Positions 28,557-28,693 of a stretch of 28,693 nt of DNA are shown in pieces. This DNA comes from Cyanobacteria bacterium P01_D01_bin.156 (GTDB taxonomy: Bacteria > Cyanobacteriota > Cyanobacteriia > Phormidesmidales > Phormidesmidaceae): the NCBI GenBank assembly GCA_039024555.1, contig JBCCQQ010000073.1, positions 1 through 28,693 of the forward strand, written 5' to 3'. The notes beneath the pieces were generated by a model. That model ran no database searches and was not told where the DNA came from. It saw only the letters and a list, made by a program, of their open reading frames with translations. Position 1 is the stretch's first letter. The number at the start of each line of letters is the position of its first letter. Both the position numbers and the translations under genes were made by a program.

Positions 28557-28693
28557 GGTTTGCTGAAAAACTGAATAGAAATCTCAGGGGTTATCCCATC
28601 GCCCAGACAGGGTCAGTAGTCCCTTTCCTAGAGGCAAGGATTTTCAGCCAGTCCTTGCATAGCGTTTCTGTAAAGGGACACATATTCGTCTGA
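28556..28693. mobile_element. End of a probable IS5-family insertion sequence, running off the right edge
   Basis: GGGTTTGCTGAAAAA starts at a CTAG (28553-28556), exactly where the PAS-like protein sequence breaks. It resembles terminal IRs I recall for cyanobacterial IS5 elements, which target YTAR. No transposase is visible. Confidence 0.65.

Noticed and set aside
1..28693. CRISPR arrays, tRNA/rRNA, prophage, defence or biosynthetic gene cluster
   Set aside because: I saw no regularly spaced repeats, cloverleaf or rRNA signatures, or phage, defence or biosynthetic genes. The gene order looks like typical shuffled cyanobacterial chromosome.

Overview
Cyanobacterial chromosomal segment. Support: about 14 HIP1 octamers GCGATCGC counted by eye, ccmK, chlD and cyanobacterial-type hypothetical genes; a filamentous Leptolyngbya-like host is a guess. 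Most of the window is ordinary housekeeping or accessory genes: M42 peptidase, YfcG-like GST, LysR regulator, hisC, SpoIID/LytB, HAD hydrolase, PepF, atypical SDR, a large acidic lipoprotein, uvrB, an orphan MalK-type ATPase, TspO, a degenerate large serine recombinase, a double-LprI lipoprotein, an alpha/beta hydrolase, a stand-alone ccmK4/ccmK5-like gene, chlD and a CBS-PAS-PAS-GAF-PAS sensor. Both window edges appear to fall inside insertion sequences: an ISAzo13-like transposase start at the left, and an IS5-like end at the right that interrupts the sensor gene at a CTAG. I found no CRISPR array, tRNA, rRNA, prophage or clearly new multi-gene system. The best unexplained signals are non-coding: two minus-strand terminator-ended units sharing a UAUCCUGU motif (3.4-4.1 kb), a structured ~120-nt candidate sRNA with an exposed anti-Shine-Dalgarno tract (11.87-11.99 kb), and a phased operator upstream of the LysR gene. 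All family calls come from motif recognition, not database searches.
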